A DNA stretch of 64,000 nucleotides from Vulcanimicrobiota bacterium (GCA_963820825.1 CAWGBN010000008.1:448001-512000); one strand, 5' to 3'. Counted from the stretch's first letter, positions 25,982-36,421 are shown. Notes: generated from the sequence alone by a model not told the origin. Numbers and translations are program-made.

Positions 25982-27093
25982 AGGAGCGTCGAAAAGAGCA
26001 CGAGGCCGACGACGGAGCGATCGACGAGTATGCCGGAGATGACGCTGCCGGCAAACCAGGCCGCGCCGAAGATGAGGTCGTAGAGACCGAAGCTCGTCGC
26101 CCGGCGCCGATGGGCGAGCACGCCGGCAACGAGCGCCAATAAGAGCGCATCCTGCACGGCGATGCCGACGCCCCAGAGCGCGACGCCCACCCCGGCAACG
26201 GCACCGCCGCCCAAGAACGCCAACGGCGTCGCGATTGACGTCAACGCAATTGCGATCCCGACGATCTCTCTCCCACCGCGGTCGAAGAGACGCCCGAGAA
26301 TCGGCGAGGCAATCGCGCCGACCGCCATCGCAACCGCGAACCAGATCGAAATCGCCGGCGCGCTTGCGACGTGATCTCGTTGAAAGCGAAAAGCGATCAA
26401 GGCAAAATCGACGTATCCGGCCGCGACGAGCGCGCCGCCGATTGCGTAGCGGCGAAAGGCCGACCGGTCGCGGATCGCCGGCCCCGACTCGCCCGCATCG
26501 GACGGCATGAACGCACGCCCGGCCGGCGTCGCAATCGCCAAGAACGTCAGCGTAAGCAATGCCGGAACGATGAGTATGCCGAAACCCATCGTGTAGCCGC
26601 CGCGCGCAATTGCCAGCGCGACGACGAGTGGACCGACCGTCGCACCGGTTTGATCGAGAAACTCGTTGATGCCGAAGGCGCGTCCGCTCCCCAGCGATCG
26701 GCCGGCGTGCGAGAGCATCGCCGCGGTCACGGGTTTGCGGATGCCGCGCCCGACGCGTTCGCCGATCAAAAGACCCGCGGCCGCCGGCCAGCTCCCTACC
26801 AGCGCGAGCGCCGGAACGCAGAGCATATTGATCGTATAGCCGACCCAAACGTCGAGCCAATAGAGGCCCGTACGATCGGCGATGACGCCGGCAACGGAGC
26901 GGATCGCATATCCTGCAAGCTCGCCGCCGCCGGCGACCGCACCGACGACCGCTCCGTTCGCACCGAGATGACCGAGAAAGGCACCGGCAACGCCGCGTCC
27001 GCCTTCGTACGTGAAATCGGCGAACGCATTGACGACGCCGATCAGTAAGACGAACCGGAGCGCTAACGACTTAGATAATGGTGCTTGACCCAT
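25924..27093 (-). CDS. MFS transporter
   Basis: FADFTYEG, G.IADRTG, ERVGRGIR.P, about 12 hydrophobic segments. Confidence 0.88.
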   Translation of the reverse strand: MGQAPLSKSLALRFVLLIGVVNAFADFTYEGGRGVAGAFLGHLGANGAVVGAVAGGGELAGYAIRSVAGVIADRTGLYWLDVWVGYTINMLCVPALALVGSWPAAAGLLIGERVGRGIRKPVTAAMLSHAGRSLGSGRAFGINEFLDQTGATVGPLVVALAIARGGYTMGFGILIVPALLTLTFLAIATPAGRAFMPSDAGESGPAIRDRSAFRRYAIGGALVAAGYVDFALIAFRFQRDHVASAPAISIWFAVAMAVGAIASPILGRLFDRGGREIVGIAIALTSIATPLAFLGGGAVAGVGVALWGVGIAVQDALLLALVAGVLAHRRRATSFGLYDLIFGAAWFAGSVISGILVDRSVVGLVLFSTLLQLCAIPCFVVSVGNRSVR

Positions 27094-28196
27094 TTTGCCC
27101 ACGCGTTGGCAGGCGTGCCGTTGTAATCGGAGATCAGCACGCCGCATCCGCCCCACGTGTCCCAGGTCCAGGCTTCATATCCGGCGCCGTGTGCGTCGGC
27201 CCAGTTCAGGAACGTGGGGACGTAACCGCGGGTGCAGTCCGAGCCGCCGTAGGTCTCACCGGTCTCGCCGAAGATCATCGGCACGACCTTGGTGATCGGC
27301 CGCATGCTCGAGTCGAAGCACGCAGTCGTATCGCACTGATTCTTACCGTAGACGTGGGCTTCGGCAATGAGCTGATTCCGCGGATCCTTCGGCCGGGACT
27401 CGAGCCATGTCGAACCGTCGTATTTCGACCCGCCGATCTTTCCGCAGGCATTCGCGTAATTAATGCACGGTATCGAGATGACGCCGCTATAACCGGCCTT
27501 TCGCATGAGATTCACCGCTTGCTGCATCGCGGCGGTCTGATAGTAGGCGTTGCTCGGGCCGTAAGTCGCTTCGTTGTCGCAGCCCTTCTTCATGAAGCAT
27601 TTCCAATCGACGGTCGTCTCGCCCCAGGGCGCGAGAATGACGTTTGGATCGTTTTTGAACGTCGCGGCCATGCTCGTCCACATGTCCGGCGAGTGATCCT
27701 CGTCGGGCGCGGCGGGTTGGTAGGTGGCCTGATACGAGCCGGGTGCGCCCCACATCAACGACACCTCGGCGTACATTCCGTGCTGATGCAAGAGGTTGAC
27801 GTAATCGACGATCGCGTTGATGTAGTTCTTGCCGGCGTACTGCTGCTTGATGCCGTTGATGTCGAGCCAGCAATCTTCATTGAGCAGCACGCGCACGACG
27901 TTGACGTTCCAGGTCGTCATCGCTTGAACCGACGCAGCGTCGTTCGGTCCGTCGAAGATCCCCCACCCTTGCACGCACGCGTACTCGGTTCCAGAGCGGT
28001 TGATTCCGTGAAGATCGATCGCGTTGTCGCTACCGTCGACGAGATGATTTCCGGAGACGCGAATTCCGGTCAGGGTCGTCCGGTGCTGCTTTGCCGAAGC
28101 TGCCGCGCCCGACGGCACCGTGCCCGCAGCCGGATTGCCGGTACAGGCTGCGACGACGAGAATCGTGAGGAGCAGCGGAAGGCGGCGGTTCGTCAT
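27063..28196 (-). CDS. Glycoside hydrolase family 5 (cellulase-like) lipoprotein
   Basis: VAAC lipobox; G.NRSGTEYAC, WNVNVVR..LNEDCW, H.Y, FGETG, W.W. Confidence 0.85.
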   Translation of the reverse strand: MTNRRLPLLLTILVVAACTGNPAAGTVPSGAAASAKQHRTTLTGIRVSGNHLVDGSDNAIDLHGINRSGTEYACVQGWGIFDGPNDAASVQAMTTWNVNVVRVLLNEDCWLDINGIKQQYAGKNYINAIVDYVNLLHQHGMYAEVSLMWGAPGSYQATYQPAAPDEDHSPDMWTSMAATFKNDPNVILAPWGETTVDWKCFMKKGCDNEATYGPSNAYYQTAAMQQAVNLMRKAGYSGVISIPCINYANACGKIGGSKYDGSTWLESRPKDPRNQLIAEAHVYGKNQCDTTACFDSSMRPITKVVPMIFGETGETYGGSDCTRGYVPTFLNWADAHGAGYEAWTWDTWGGCGVLISDYNGTPANAWAKWVKHHYLSR

Positions 28197-28257
28197 GGCG
28201 GCGGTAGTTCTTCACACCCGGGCGGAAAGCCCGGCGAAGGCGTGATAGAATCGGCGA

Positions 28258-28773
28258 ATGGCGCTGCGCTGCGACGATGGGATAGTGCTGCGGGCCCCGT
28301 GCGCCGGCGATGCGGAAGCGTTGACGAAGCACGCAAACCATCGCGACGTCTGGATCAACCTGCGCGATGCGATGCCGCATCCATACGCTTTGGACGATGC
28401 GGCGCGTTGGATCGGCCGCATCGCGGACGAAAGGCCTCGAGTCAACTTCATCATCGACCTCGGCGGTGAAGCGATCGGGGGTATCGGCCTGATCGTCGGA
28501 ACCGACATCGAGCGCACCGCAGCCGAGGTTGGTTACTGGCTTGGCCCCGAGCATTGGGGCCACGGCATCGCGACGTCCGCGTTGCGCCGGATATGCCGAT
28601 ATGCGTTTGACGATCTCAAGCTTCTGCGACTCTTCGCTACGCCCATCGTCTGGAATCCGGCCAGCTTTCACGTCCTCGAAAAGGCCGGGTTCCAGCGAGA
28701 AGGGATCATGCGCAGCGCCTGCGTCAAGGACGGGCAGGTAATGGACATGGCGTTGTACGCCCTGACTCTCTAA
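28258..28773 (+). CDS. GNAT acetyltransferase (RimJ/RimL type)
   Basis: EVGYWLGPEHWGHGIAT, NPASFHVLEKAGF.REG. Confidence 0.9.
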   Translation: MALRCDDGIVLRAPCAGDAEALTKHANHRDVWINLRDAMPHPYALDDAARWIGRIADERPRVNFIIDLGGEAIGGIGLIVGTDIERTAAEVGYWLGPEHWGHGIATSALRRICRYAFDDLKLLRLFATPIVWNPASFHVLEKAGFQREGIMRSACVKDGQVMDMALYALTL

Positions 28774-28815
28774 GTATGGCGGTCCTCAATCCGAAAGAAC
28801 GGGTACCTATCTGAG

Positions 28816-29226
28816 ATGCCTAAGAGTCAAAGCCAAGTCAGCGAGTCTCCCTCCAAGCTGATCGATGCAAGAATCCGGGAGTATGATGACTGGCGGGGTG
28901 CGACGCTCTCCCGAGTTCGCAGTTTGATCCAGCAGGCCGACCCCGACGTCGTCGAGGAGTGGAAGTGGAGAGGCGTTCCGGTGTGGGCGCACGACGGGAT
29001 GATCTGCACTGGCGAGATTTACAAAAGCGTCGTCAAGCTGACGTTCGCCAAGGGAGCTTCCTTAAAAGATCCTGACGGTCTGTTCAACTCCAGCCTCGAT
29101 GGAAACGTCAGGCGCGCCATTGACATTCGCGAAGGCGAGCGCATCGACGAAGCCGCTCTGAAGAGGCTCATACGTGCCGCCGTCGAGCTGAACGCCAAGA
29201 GCAAGCGCAAGCGCTCGTCAGGGTGA
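28816..29226 (+). CDS. DUF1801 (YdhG-like) protein
   Basis: VVEEWKWRGVPVW, LTFAKGASL.DP.GLFNSSL.GN.RRAID. Confidence 0.88.
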   Translation: MPKSQSQVSESPSKLIDARIREYDDWRGATLSRVRSLIQQADPDVVEEWKWRGVPVWAHDGMICTGEIYKSVVKLTFAKGASLKDPDGLFNSSLDGNVRRAIDIREGERIDEAALKRLIRAAVELNAKSKRKRSSG

Positions 29227-29254
29227 CGCAGCAGGGGCGGCGAACGCTGTAACG

Positions 29255-30061
29255 ATGGTGCAGAAGTATCGTTACGGTGAGATGACTTGGCCGGAGGTGA
29301 AGGCTGCCGCGGCCCGGCCGTGCGTCGCGATCGTACCGATTGCGACGCTGGAAGATCACGGACTCCATCTGCCGATCGACACCGATTTGCTGCTCTGCAC
29401 GAGCGTCTGCGAGCTCGCGGCGTCGCGGGCGGGCGATCGCGTGGTGCTCGTTCCGCCGATCAATCACGGATATAGCCCGCACCACATGGACTTCCCCGGC
29501 GCGATTACGATCGACGCGCACACGCTCATCGACTACGGTCTCGACGTCTGCAAGAGTCTGGCGCATCACGGATTCGAGCGCATCCTCATCGTCAACGGTC
29601 ACGGAAGCAACGCCCCGTTCATCGACATCATCGCGCGGCTCTGCGTCGTGCAGACCGACGCGCTCGCCGCCGCGGTCAGCTACTGGGCCGCCCCCGGCGT
29701 GCGCGAAGCCGCCGAGTCGCTGCGCGAATCCGAACAGGTCGGCGGGATGAATCACGCGTGTGAGTTCGAGACCTCGCTCTATCTCGCGCTGCGTCCCGAT
29801 CTCGTCGACATGAGTAAGGCCGTCCACGAGCTCTCGCATCGACCGTCGCAGAGTTACTGGACCGACCTCGTCGCCGGCGACGGTCCGCTCGCGATGATGG
29901 AACACTGGAGCCAACTCAGCGAGAGCGGCGTAATGGGCGATCCGACGAAGGCGTCGGCGGAAAAGGGACGCATACTGCTCGACGCTGCCGCCGACGGAAT
30001 CGTCGAGCTCGTCGACGAACTGCTCGCCCGCGAGAGCCGTCCGCGCACCGATCATCATTGA
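29255..30061 (+). CDS. Creatininase-family amidohydrolase
   Basis: MTWPEV, EDHGLHLPIDTD, NGHGSN, HACEFETS, GVMGDP. Confidence 0.88.
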   Translation: MVQKYRYGEMTWPEVKAAAARPCVAIVPIATLEDHGLHLPIDTDLLLCTSVCELAASRAGDRVVLVPPINHGYSPHHMDFPGAITIDAHTLIDYGLDVCKSLAHHGFERILIVNGHGSNAPFIDIIARLCVVQTDALAAAVSYWAAPGVREAAESLRESEQVGGMNHACEFETSLYLALRPDLVDMSKAVHELSHRPSQSYWTDLVAGDGPLAMMEHWSQLSESGVMGDPTKASAEKGRILLDAAADGIVELVDELLARESRPRTDHH

Positions 30062-31281
30062 AGCGGTACTGGATACCGCCGCTCGGGCTTGCGTTCGGAC
30101 AGCTCTGTCACGGGCTTTCGTGGATGCTCGCCCTCTGGATCGCGCTTCGCATCGGCGTCGGCGGTCTCTCGCTCGCGGAGATCGGGTGGATCCATCTCGT
30201 CGCGCTCGGCTGGCTGACGATGACCGCGCTCTCGATCCTGCTTCACGCCATCCCGAGCTTTCTCGACGTCGACTGGCGATTCGAAAGCCTCGCGCGTTAC
30301 TCCCTGGGATTCTTCGCCGCGGCGGTTACGGCGTTCGTCATCGCCTTTCTCGCGGCGCCCGAGTTGCTCTGGATCGTGGCAATCGCCGTCGCGCTGACGC
30401 TGATCGTCTATCTCGCAACGGCGGGGCTCACGCTCCATCAAGCGTTGCGCTCGACCGATCGGATCGCTCGTGCCGTCGCGCGCGCGTTTGCGATTACATT
30501 CTTCCTGCTCTTCGTCGCAATCGTGCTCGGCGCGGCCAGCGCCTGGATCTTCTCCGAGCTGAGCCGCCCCGCGTGGCTCTTCGCGATCCCGCCGGCGCAC
30601 GGAAGCATCGCGCTCTTCGGATGGTTGACCCTTCTGATCTACGGCGTTTCGGCGCGAACGCTCCGTCCGATCACCGGCAATCGCTCGCAGCATCCCATGC
30701 TTCATATCGTTACCGGAACGGCAACGCTAATCGGCGCGGTGCTGCTCGCCGGCGGAACGGCATCGCGCATTGCTTGGCTCGCGTGGCTGGGCGGAGGCTC
30801 CATCGCGGCCGGGGCGATCGCCTATGCCGCCGACGTCGCATCGATTCTCGCCGGAGCAACCGTGCGCTATCGCGTGCCGCAATGCTTCATCGCCGTTGCG
30901 GTCGCGTGGTTGGGCGTCACCCTCGCACTGGGCGCCGGCGTACTCGCGGGAATGCCGTGGCAAGCCGCCTTCGGCTTCGTCATGCTCGCTGGTTGGGCCG
31001 GACAGATGGTCAACGGACACATCTTTCACATCGGCGTGCGGCTGGTCTCGACGATCTACCGCGGCGACGATGACGAAACGCCGCCTGAGGAGCTTCTCGA
31101 CCCCGCCCGGCCGTGGTTGGCCTTCGCCGCGATGCAACTCGCGGTCGCGTGCGTTGCCGCCGGCCTCGTATTCGAAAGCGCGCCGTTGACGGCCGCCGGG
31201 GCGATCTGCGGAGTGGCCGGATGGCTCGCAATCGTCGCCGCAATCGCACGCGCGCGCTCGAGTGCCGAGCGGCCAATTTGA
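30058..31281 (+). CDS. Polytopic membrane protein (NnrS-like, intramembrane His)
   Basis: About 12 TM segments; IHLVALGWLT, AHG..ALFGWLT. Confidence 0.6.
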   Translation: MKRYWIPPLGLAFGQLCHGLSWMLALWIALRIGVGGLSLAEIGWIHLVALGWLTMTALSILLHAIPSFLDVDWRFESLARYSLGFFAAAVTAFVIAFLAAPELLWIVAIAVALTLIVYLATAGLTLHQALRSTDRIARAVARAFAITFFLLFVAIVLGAASAWIFSELSRPAWLFAIPPAHGSIALFGWLTLLIYGVSARTLRPITGNRSQHPMLHIVTGTATLIGAVLLAGGTASRIAWLAWLGGGSIAAGAIAYAADVASILAGATVRYRVPQCFIAVAVAWLGVTLALGAGVLAGMPWQAAFGFVMLAGWAGQMVNGHIFHIGVRLVSTIYRGDDDETPPEELLDPARPWLAFAAMQLAVACVAAGLVFESAPLTAAGAICGVAGWLAIVAAIARARSSAERPI

Positions 31282-31330
31282 TAGCGATTTGAACCACGCG
31301 CCCGCTCGCGCGTGGTAAACTCGCCGAGGC

Positions 31331-33595
31331 ATGCTCTCGAGATCGCCGGTGCGACGCTTGCTCTGTCTGCTTGCCTCGGTCGCGGCGTTCCCGCTCCTCG
31401 CGGCACCCGCACGCGCGTCGGTTCCGCAAACGTTCTCCTTCACGGTAGCCCGCGCGCCGCACCCCTTGCCGCTCGACCCGAGCCTCGCCGATCCGGCATG
31501 GGGCGCCGGGCTCGTGCCGACCGGAAACGGAGCGTGGGAGAACGTGACGACCCGGTCTCCCTCGCGCTTCGCCACGTCGGCCTATCTGCTCTACGACGAC
31601 AAGAATCTCTACGTCGCCTTCAAGGCCGATCAACCCGGCGTGCCGATCGTCGCGGCGCAAACGGCGAACGACACGGGCTTCGGCCTCGATGATTTCGTCG
31701 GTATCGGCGTCGATACGAGCGGAACCGGCAGCCAAGTCTATTACTTCGAGACGACGCCGCGCGGCGTTCGATACGAACAGGCCAATGAGAACACACGCTT
31801 CCGTCCGCGCTGGAGCGCAGCCGGGACGACGGCATCGGGGTCGTGGAGCGCGGTCATGATCGTCCCGCTCGACGTCCTCCGCGTGCCGCGCGGCGGAAAG
31901 CAGACCTGGCGCTTGCAGTTCGTTCGCGGTATCGCGTCGCGCGGCGAACATCTCTCGTGGGTCTGGGATCCGATCATGTCGGACGCGCCGAGCGGCCAGT
32001 GGCCGCTCTTCTCGCCGGATACGCGTTTCTGGCCCGCGGCGCATTTCGATCTCGCGGCCTCGGCCGCAGCACGGCCGAAACCGCGCGCCGATATCTACGG
32101 ACTTGCCAGCATCGGCGAGGACCGAATGCTCGTGCAACAAGCCAACGGCACGTTCTTGCCGATGAACACGCGCTGGTACGGCGGCGACGTGAGCTACCCG
32201 CTGACCCCGACGATTCGCTTCGTCGGCACGCTGAACCCCGATTTCTCGAACGTCGAGATCGACCAGCAGACGATCGCGCCGCAAGAGTTCCAACGCCAGC
32301 TCGTCGAGTACCGCCCGTTCTTCGCCCAAGGCGCGGCCTACATCAATGCCGATTCGAGCGTCCGCGCGCCGGCCGGAACGAACGTGCAGGCGCCCTATCT
32401 CGTCTTTTACTCGCCCTCAGTCGGGCCGTTCGACAGCGGCGGCAAGGTCGAGGGTACCTTCGACGAGAGCGCCTTCGGTGCGCTCACCTTTCACGGCTAC
32501 GACGCGACGACGAACAACACGTTCAGCGATTCGGCCTACGGTTATCAGCACGCACTTCCCGGCGGCGCCTTTACCTATTGGAGCGACGGCGTCTTTGCCA
32601 ACCATAGTATCGCGGGATGGGACAACACCGTCGAGAACGGCTTCGAAGTACGCAACCTTCAGAACGGCATGATCTACTTCGGCGACTATTCGTTCGAAAA
32701 GGGCTCCTGGGTCCCGCAAGGGCACGCCGATCTCGCCCAGTTCTTCGTCGACCGCCACAAGGGAAACTTCGAACTCAACGGCGGCTACCTCGACATCTCG
32801 CCGAACTACAATCCGATCGACGGCTACACCGCCAACTCCGACATCCGCGGCCCGCAGTTCTTCACCGACTACGCCGGATCGACGCCGGCGATCAAAAACT
32901 ACTCGTTCTTCTTCACCGCAGACCGCTTCGTCGACGATTCCGGCGCGGTGCACCAAGCCGACGTCCAATATTTCATCAGTGCGGTCTTTAAGAATCAGTT
33001 CTCGCTCAACGGCGCGGGCGAGGCGGTCGGCCAACTACGTTCGTACGCGATTCCCGAAGGCCCGGGCTGCACCGGCCCGATTCTCTATCAGTCGAGCTTT
33101 ACCGGATATCCGTGCTACCTCGACGGCGTGACGCAGCCGTTCAATCTCTATCAGATTCCGGTCGGCTATCGCGACGGGACGCCCACGCCGATCGACGTCA
33201 ACTATTCGTGGGGCCCGTTCGGCGACGACTACGTGCACCTCTTTACCATCGTCACGAGCCGTCCGCTCCTGCGTGGTTTGACGCTCGGCTTGGAGTACGA
33301 CGGCACGTATCAGCGCGCATTCTCTAACGGCGCGCTCGACTCGCAATGGCTGCGCCGCATCTCGCTCGGGTACGACATCACCAGCGAGAGCACGGCCAGC
33401 CTCGAGCTGCGCGACATCAACGGCTACGGCGGCTTCGCAACGCAGATCGGCAACAACTTAGCCGTTGCATACCATCAGCGATTCGCGGCCGGCAATGAGC
33501 TCTACGTCAACTTCGGAAGCCCCGCGGCCGGCGCCACGCTAAATCGCCTCATCGTAAAGTTCGTCTTCCACGCCGGAGCCGACGCCGGAACGTAG
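31331..33595 (+). CDS. Secreted CBM9-like/DUF5916 protein
   Basis: LYDDKNLYVAF, TLNPDFSNVEID, EYRPFF. Confidence 0.8.
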   Translation: MLSRSPVRRLLCLLASVAAFPLLAAPARASVPQTFSFTVARAPHPLPLDPSLADPAWGAGLVPTGNGAWENVTTRSPSRFATSAYLLYDDKNLYVAFKADQPGVPIVAAQTANDTGFGLDDFVGIGVDTSGTGSQVYYFETTPRGVRYEQANENTRFRPRWSAAGTTASGSWSAVMIVPLDVLRVPRGGKQTWRLQFVRGIASRGEHLSWVWDPIMSDAPSGQWPLFSPDTRFWPAAHFDLAASAAARPKPRADIYGLASIGEDRMLVQQANGTFLPMNTRWYGGDVSYPLTPTIRFVGTLNPDFSNVEIDQQTIAPQEFQRQLVEYRPFFAQGAAYINADSSVRAPAGTNVQAPYLVFYSPSVGPFDSGGKVEGTFDESAFGALTFHGYDATTNNTFSDSAYGYQHALPGGAFTYWSDGVFANHSIAGWDNTVENGFEVRNLQNGMIYFGDYSFEKGSWVPQGHADLAQFFVDRHKGNFELNGGYLDISPNYNPIDGYTANSDIRGPQFFTDYAGSTPAIKNYSFFFTADRFVDDSGAVHQADVQYFISAVFKNQFSLNGAGEAVGQLRSYAIPEGPGCTGPILYQSSFTGYPCYLDGVTQPFNLYQIPVGYRDGTPTPIDVNYSWGPFGDDYVHLFTIVTSRPLLRGLTLGLEYDGTYQRAFSNGALDSQWLRRISLGYDITSESTASLELRDINGYGGFATQIGNNLAVAYHQRFAAGNELYVNFGSPAAGATLNRLIVKFVFHAGADAGT

Positions 33596-33605
33596 GCCGG
33601 AATCG

Positions 33606-34316
33606 CTACTCGAGCAGTTTGACTTCGCCGGTTCCGAGCAAATAGACGCCGCCGGCGATCAGCACGTGACCCGACTGCACGCCTTGCGCGAGGGTCGGCG
33701 ATTCCGTCTTGAGCGCCTCGACGGCGGCAAGCGTGTTTGCGTCGATGGCATCCATCATGCTGCCGCGCTTCTTGACGACGCCTTCGATGCCCGGAGCGAT
33801 GAGCTGCTCGATCGTCGAAAGATGGGGCGGAAGCGATTTACCGGTCTCAACCGCCGAATAGACGGCTTTGACCGCGCCGCAGTTCTGATGGCCGAGCACG
33901 ATCACGAGCCTGGTTCCAAGGTGTTCGATGGCATACTCGAGCGACGCGATGACGAGGTCGTCCGGGTAGTTTCCAGCGACGCGGGCCACGAAGAGATCGC
34001 CGATCCCCGAAACGAAGATCAGATTCGGAATTACGCGAGAGTCCGAACAACCGAGAACCGCCGCATAGGGCGCTTGGGTATCCGAGAGCAGCTCGCGTTT
34101 CTCGGCGGCGCGGCTCTGCGTGGGAAAGTCGTTGTTTACGAAGCGCTTGTTGCCGGCCATCAACTGCCCGAGGAGGCGCTGCGCCGAAGCCGGAGAGCCC
34201 GTCGCACTTGCGGCCGGCGCCGCCGCGACGGCACGTTCGGTGAGCCCGGCGCCCAGCGCCGCGGCGGAGCCCGCCAAAAAAGCGGCGCGGTTGAGATCGA
34301 AACGTTCGTTGCTCAT
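33606..34316 (-). CDS. Beta-class carbonic anhydrase with Tat-like signal
   Basis: CSDSRV, RVAGN, LGHQNCGAV; N-terminal NRAAFL. Confidence 0.92.
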   Translation of the reverse strand: MSNERFDLNRAAFLAGSAAALGAGLTERAVAAAPAASATGSPASAQRLLGQLMAGNKRFVNNDFPTQSRAAEKRELLSDTQAPYAAVLGCSDSRVIPNLIFVSGIGDLFVARVAGNYPDDLVIASLEYAIEHLGTRLVIVLGHQNCGAVKAVYSAVETGKSLPPHLSTIEQLIAPGIEGVVKKRGSMMDAIDANTLAAVEALKTESPTLAQGVQSGHVLIAGGVYLLGTGEVKLLE

Positions 34317-34317
34317 G

Positions 34318-35832
34318 TCAGTTCTTGTTCGGCGTCAGGAACATGCGGCCATGCGGATAGTCGAAGACGAAATCGAATCGCTTCAAGAAATCGAAGCCGA
34401 GCAGCATATAGTTCGATCCAAAATCGGCGCCGCAGACCTCTTGATCGGAGTAGGTAATCGGCCCGATCGCAAGACTTTCGAGCGCGGAACATCCCTCGGA
34501 ATATTCCATCAAATGGTGCTTCTTTGCCAGATCGACGCTCATGAAGACGACCCCGGGATTACCGGTGTCGAGCATCGCGTTGACCGGAATCGATTTGTTG
34601 AGCGTCATCGGAATTGCCGGGGCACCCTCGGAGAGATCCACGATCAACTGCAACCCGGGCTGCGCCGAGAGGTCGGTGGACGGGTCGAGGACCGTCATCT
34701 TCGAACCGTAGACGTCGAGCTTAACGATCGTGCCTGCGAAGAGATCGTAACCGATCAGACCGTCCAAACCCTCGGCATCGAGACCGCGATACGTACCGAG
34801 TACGCTCGTGTGGAAATCCTGCGAGTAGACGATCGGCGTGTGGAGAGTTGCGCCGCCAAAAGCGATCGTGTCGACGCGCCGGACGCGGGTCGGCACCGTT
34901 CCGTACATCGTGTCGAAGTCGGTGCTCGCCTTGAGCTCGGTCGCCTTCGCGCGATCGGCGAAACGGTCGTCGAGGATGATTGCGTCGGCGCCGGTGTCGA
35001 GGATGAACCGGCCTTTGACGCCGTTGACCGTCGCGTCTACCAGCATTCGCTCGTGCGTCATGGTGATTGGAAACGGATCGGTCGACGCGAACGTCCACGA
35101 TGCGGTAGGCACCGGCGGATGGAGATCTTGAGCCGAAACGGCGACGTTCGGCTCGATGGCATCGTACGAGGTGACCGCCTTGCCGTCGTCGATCGTGTAC
35201 GAGCCGATCATCTTCCTACCGGGACGGATATCGTTGTAGGATCGGATGTGGTACGTCGTCTCGTACGAGCCGCCCGGGTCGATCGTGGCTTGAACGTAGG
35301 CTCCGGTATCGGGATCGATGACGCAATCGATCGGATCCGCGTTCTCCAGCGTCACGCGCACGACTTTGAGCGCCTTTCCGTTGACGGTCTTATCGCTCTG
35401 CATCGTTGCAGGCAGCTCCGTCGTACCTTCGGAGCGGAGAATCGATAGCGAGGCCAAGTATTTGGCGTAGTCACCGTAGACCGGCGTCGGGAAGCCGTTG
35501 ACGTCGGCGCGCCAGAAGATGTTGCCGGTATATCCGGTGTGGACGGTAGCGTTCGCGTGGTCGACCAGCGTGTACGAGGTATGATACGCAACGCCTTGCG
35601 AGACCGTTACGAAGGTCTCGGTTTGCTTGCCCTTCTGATCGACGACGTGACCGGTGATGCGCATGCTGGTGAACGTTCCGTCACCGAACTGCCAGCCCAC
35701 GTACGCGCGATGTTTGGCCAGTAGCGCCGTCGCAGCGGCGTCCGGACTCGGCGCTTGCGCGCGCAGCGGCGTCGCGACGGCACCCGCCAGCGCGAGCGTT
35801 ACAAGGAGGACCGCTACCTTGCGCGTCTCCAC
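34318..35832 (-). CDS. Secreted protein with two retropepsin-like aspartyl protease domains
   Basis: FILDTGA...GLIGYD and AMLDTGN...LLGFDFL; GTG start inferred. Confidence 0.8.
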   Translation of the reverse strand: METRKVAVLLVTLALAGAVATPLRAQAPSPDAAATALLAKHRAYVGWQFGDGTFTSMRITGHVVDQKGKQTETFVTVSQGVAYHTSYTLVDHANATVHTGYTGNIFWRADVNGFPTPVYGDYAKYLASLSILRSEGTTELPATMQSDKTVNGKALKVVRVTLENADPIDCVIDPDTGAYVQATIDPGGSYETTYHIRSYNDIRPGRKMIGSYTIDDGKAVTSYDAIEPNVAVSAQDLHPPVPTASWTFASTDPFPITMTHERMLVDATVNGVKGRFILDTGADAIILDDRFADRAKATELKASTDFDTMYGTVPTRVRRVDTIAFGGATLHTPIVYSQDFHTSVLGTYRGLDAEGLDGLIGYDLFAGTIVKLDVYGSKMTVLDPSTDLSAQPGLQLIVDLSEGAPAIPMTLNKSIPVNAMLDTGNPGVVFMSVDLAKKHHLMEYSEGCSALESLAIGPITYSDQEVCGADFGSNYMLLGFDFLKRFDFVFDYPHGRMFLTPNKN

Positions 35833-35879
35833 GGCTGCATACGTTTCTACGGAAACACCAGGTTTCCGCTCGCCTGCTG

Positions 35880-36407
35880 CTAGACCGTCCGGTCGTACTG
35901 CAGCGTGCCGGTCGTAAGGATTCGCACGCCGGGCGTCGGGCGGTGCGGCTGCGGTGCGCCGGTATGCATGAGATGTACGACGTCGACCCCGTGCAGCAGA
36001 ACGAGGGCGTCGGCGATGAGCCGCCGGTGGCATCGCCACCAGAGCGTCTCCGAACACATAATCGCGGTTGCGCGATCGCCGGCCTGCGCGAGCACTCCGG
36101 CGAGCGCAGCGGCAAAGGCCGGCGTCTGCATGTAGTCGGCGTATCCGCGGAAGGCGGGATGACGCAGCGCGACGTTCGGGCTATCGGGACTCGGCTTACG
36201 GAAACCGCCGAGCTCGCGCCGCCATTCGTAGCTCGCCCCGGAGAGGTCGGGCACCCACTGCGCCATTACGTCGGCCCAGACGTGCGGATGGGCCCGGCTC
36301 TTCGGGACGCTGCGGACATCGATGACGGCCTGCACCCCGGCACCGCGAATCAGCGCCGCGAGCTCGACTTCGCCGGCGGTTCCATGGCCGAAGGTGTAAA
36401 TTCTCAC
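35880..36407 (-). CDS. DUF488 family protein
   Basis: TFGHG, DVRSVP.SR, FRGYADYM, MCSE..WWRCHRRLIAD. Confidence 0.9.
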   Translation of the reverse strand: MRIYTFGHGTAGEVELAALIRGAGVQAVIDVRSVPKSRAHPHVWADVMAQWVPDLSGASYEWRRELGGFRKPSPDSPNVALRHPAFRGYADYMQTPAFAAALAGVLAQAGDRATAIMCSETLWWRCHRRLIADALVLLHGVDVVHLMHTGAPQPHRPTPGVRILTTGTLQYDRTV

Positions 36408-36421
36408 GCGCGAATCCTACG

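Noticed and set aside
29255..30061. Mycofactocin peptidase MftE
   Set aside because: No mftA, mftB or mftC in the window; generic creatininase family
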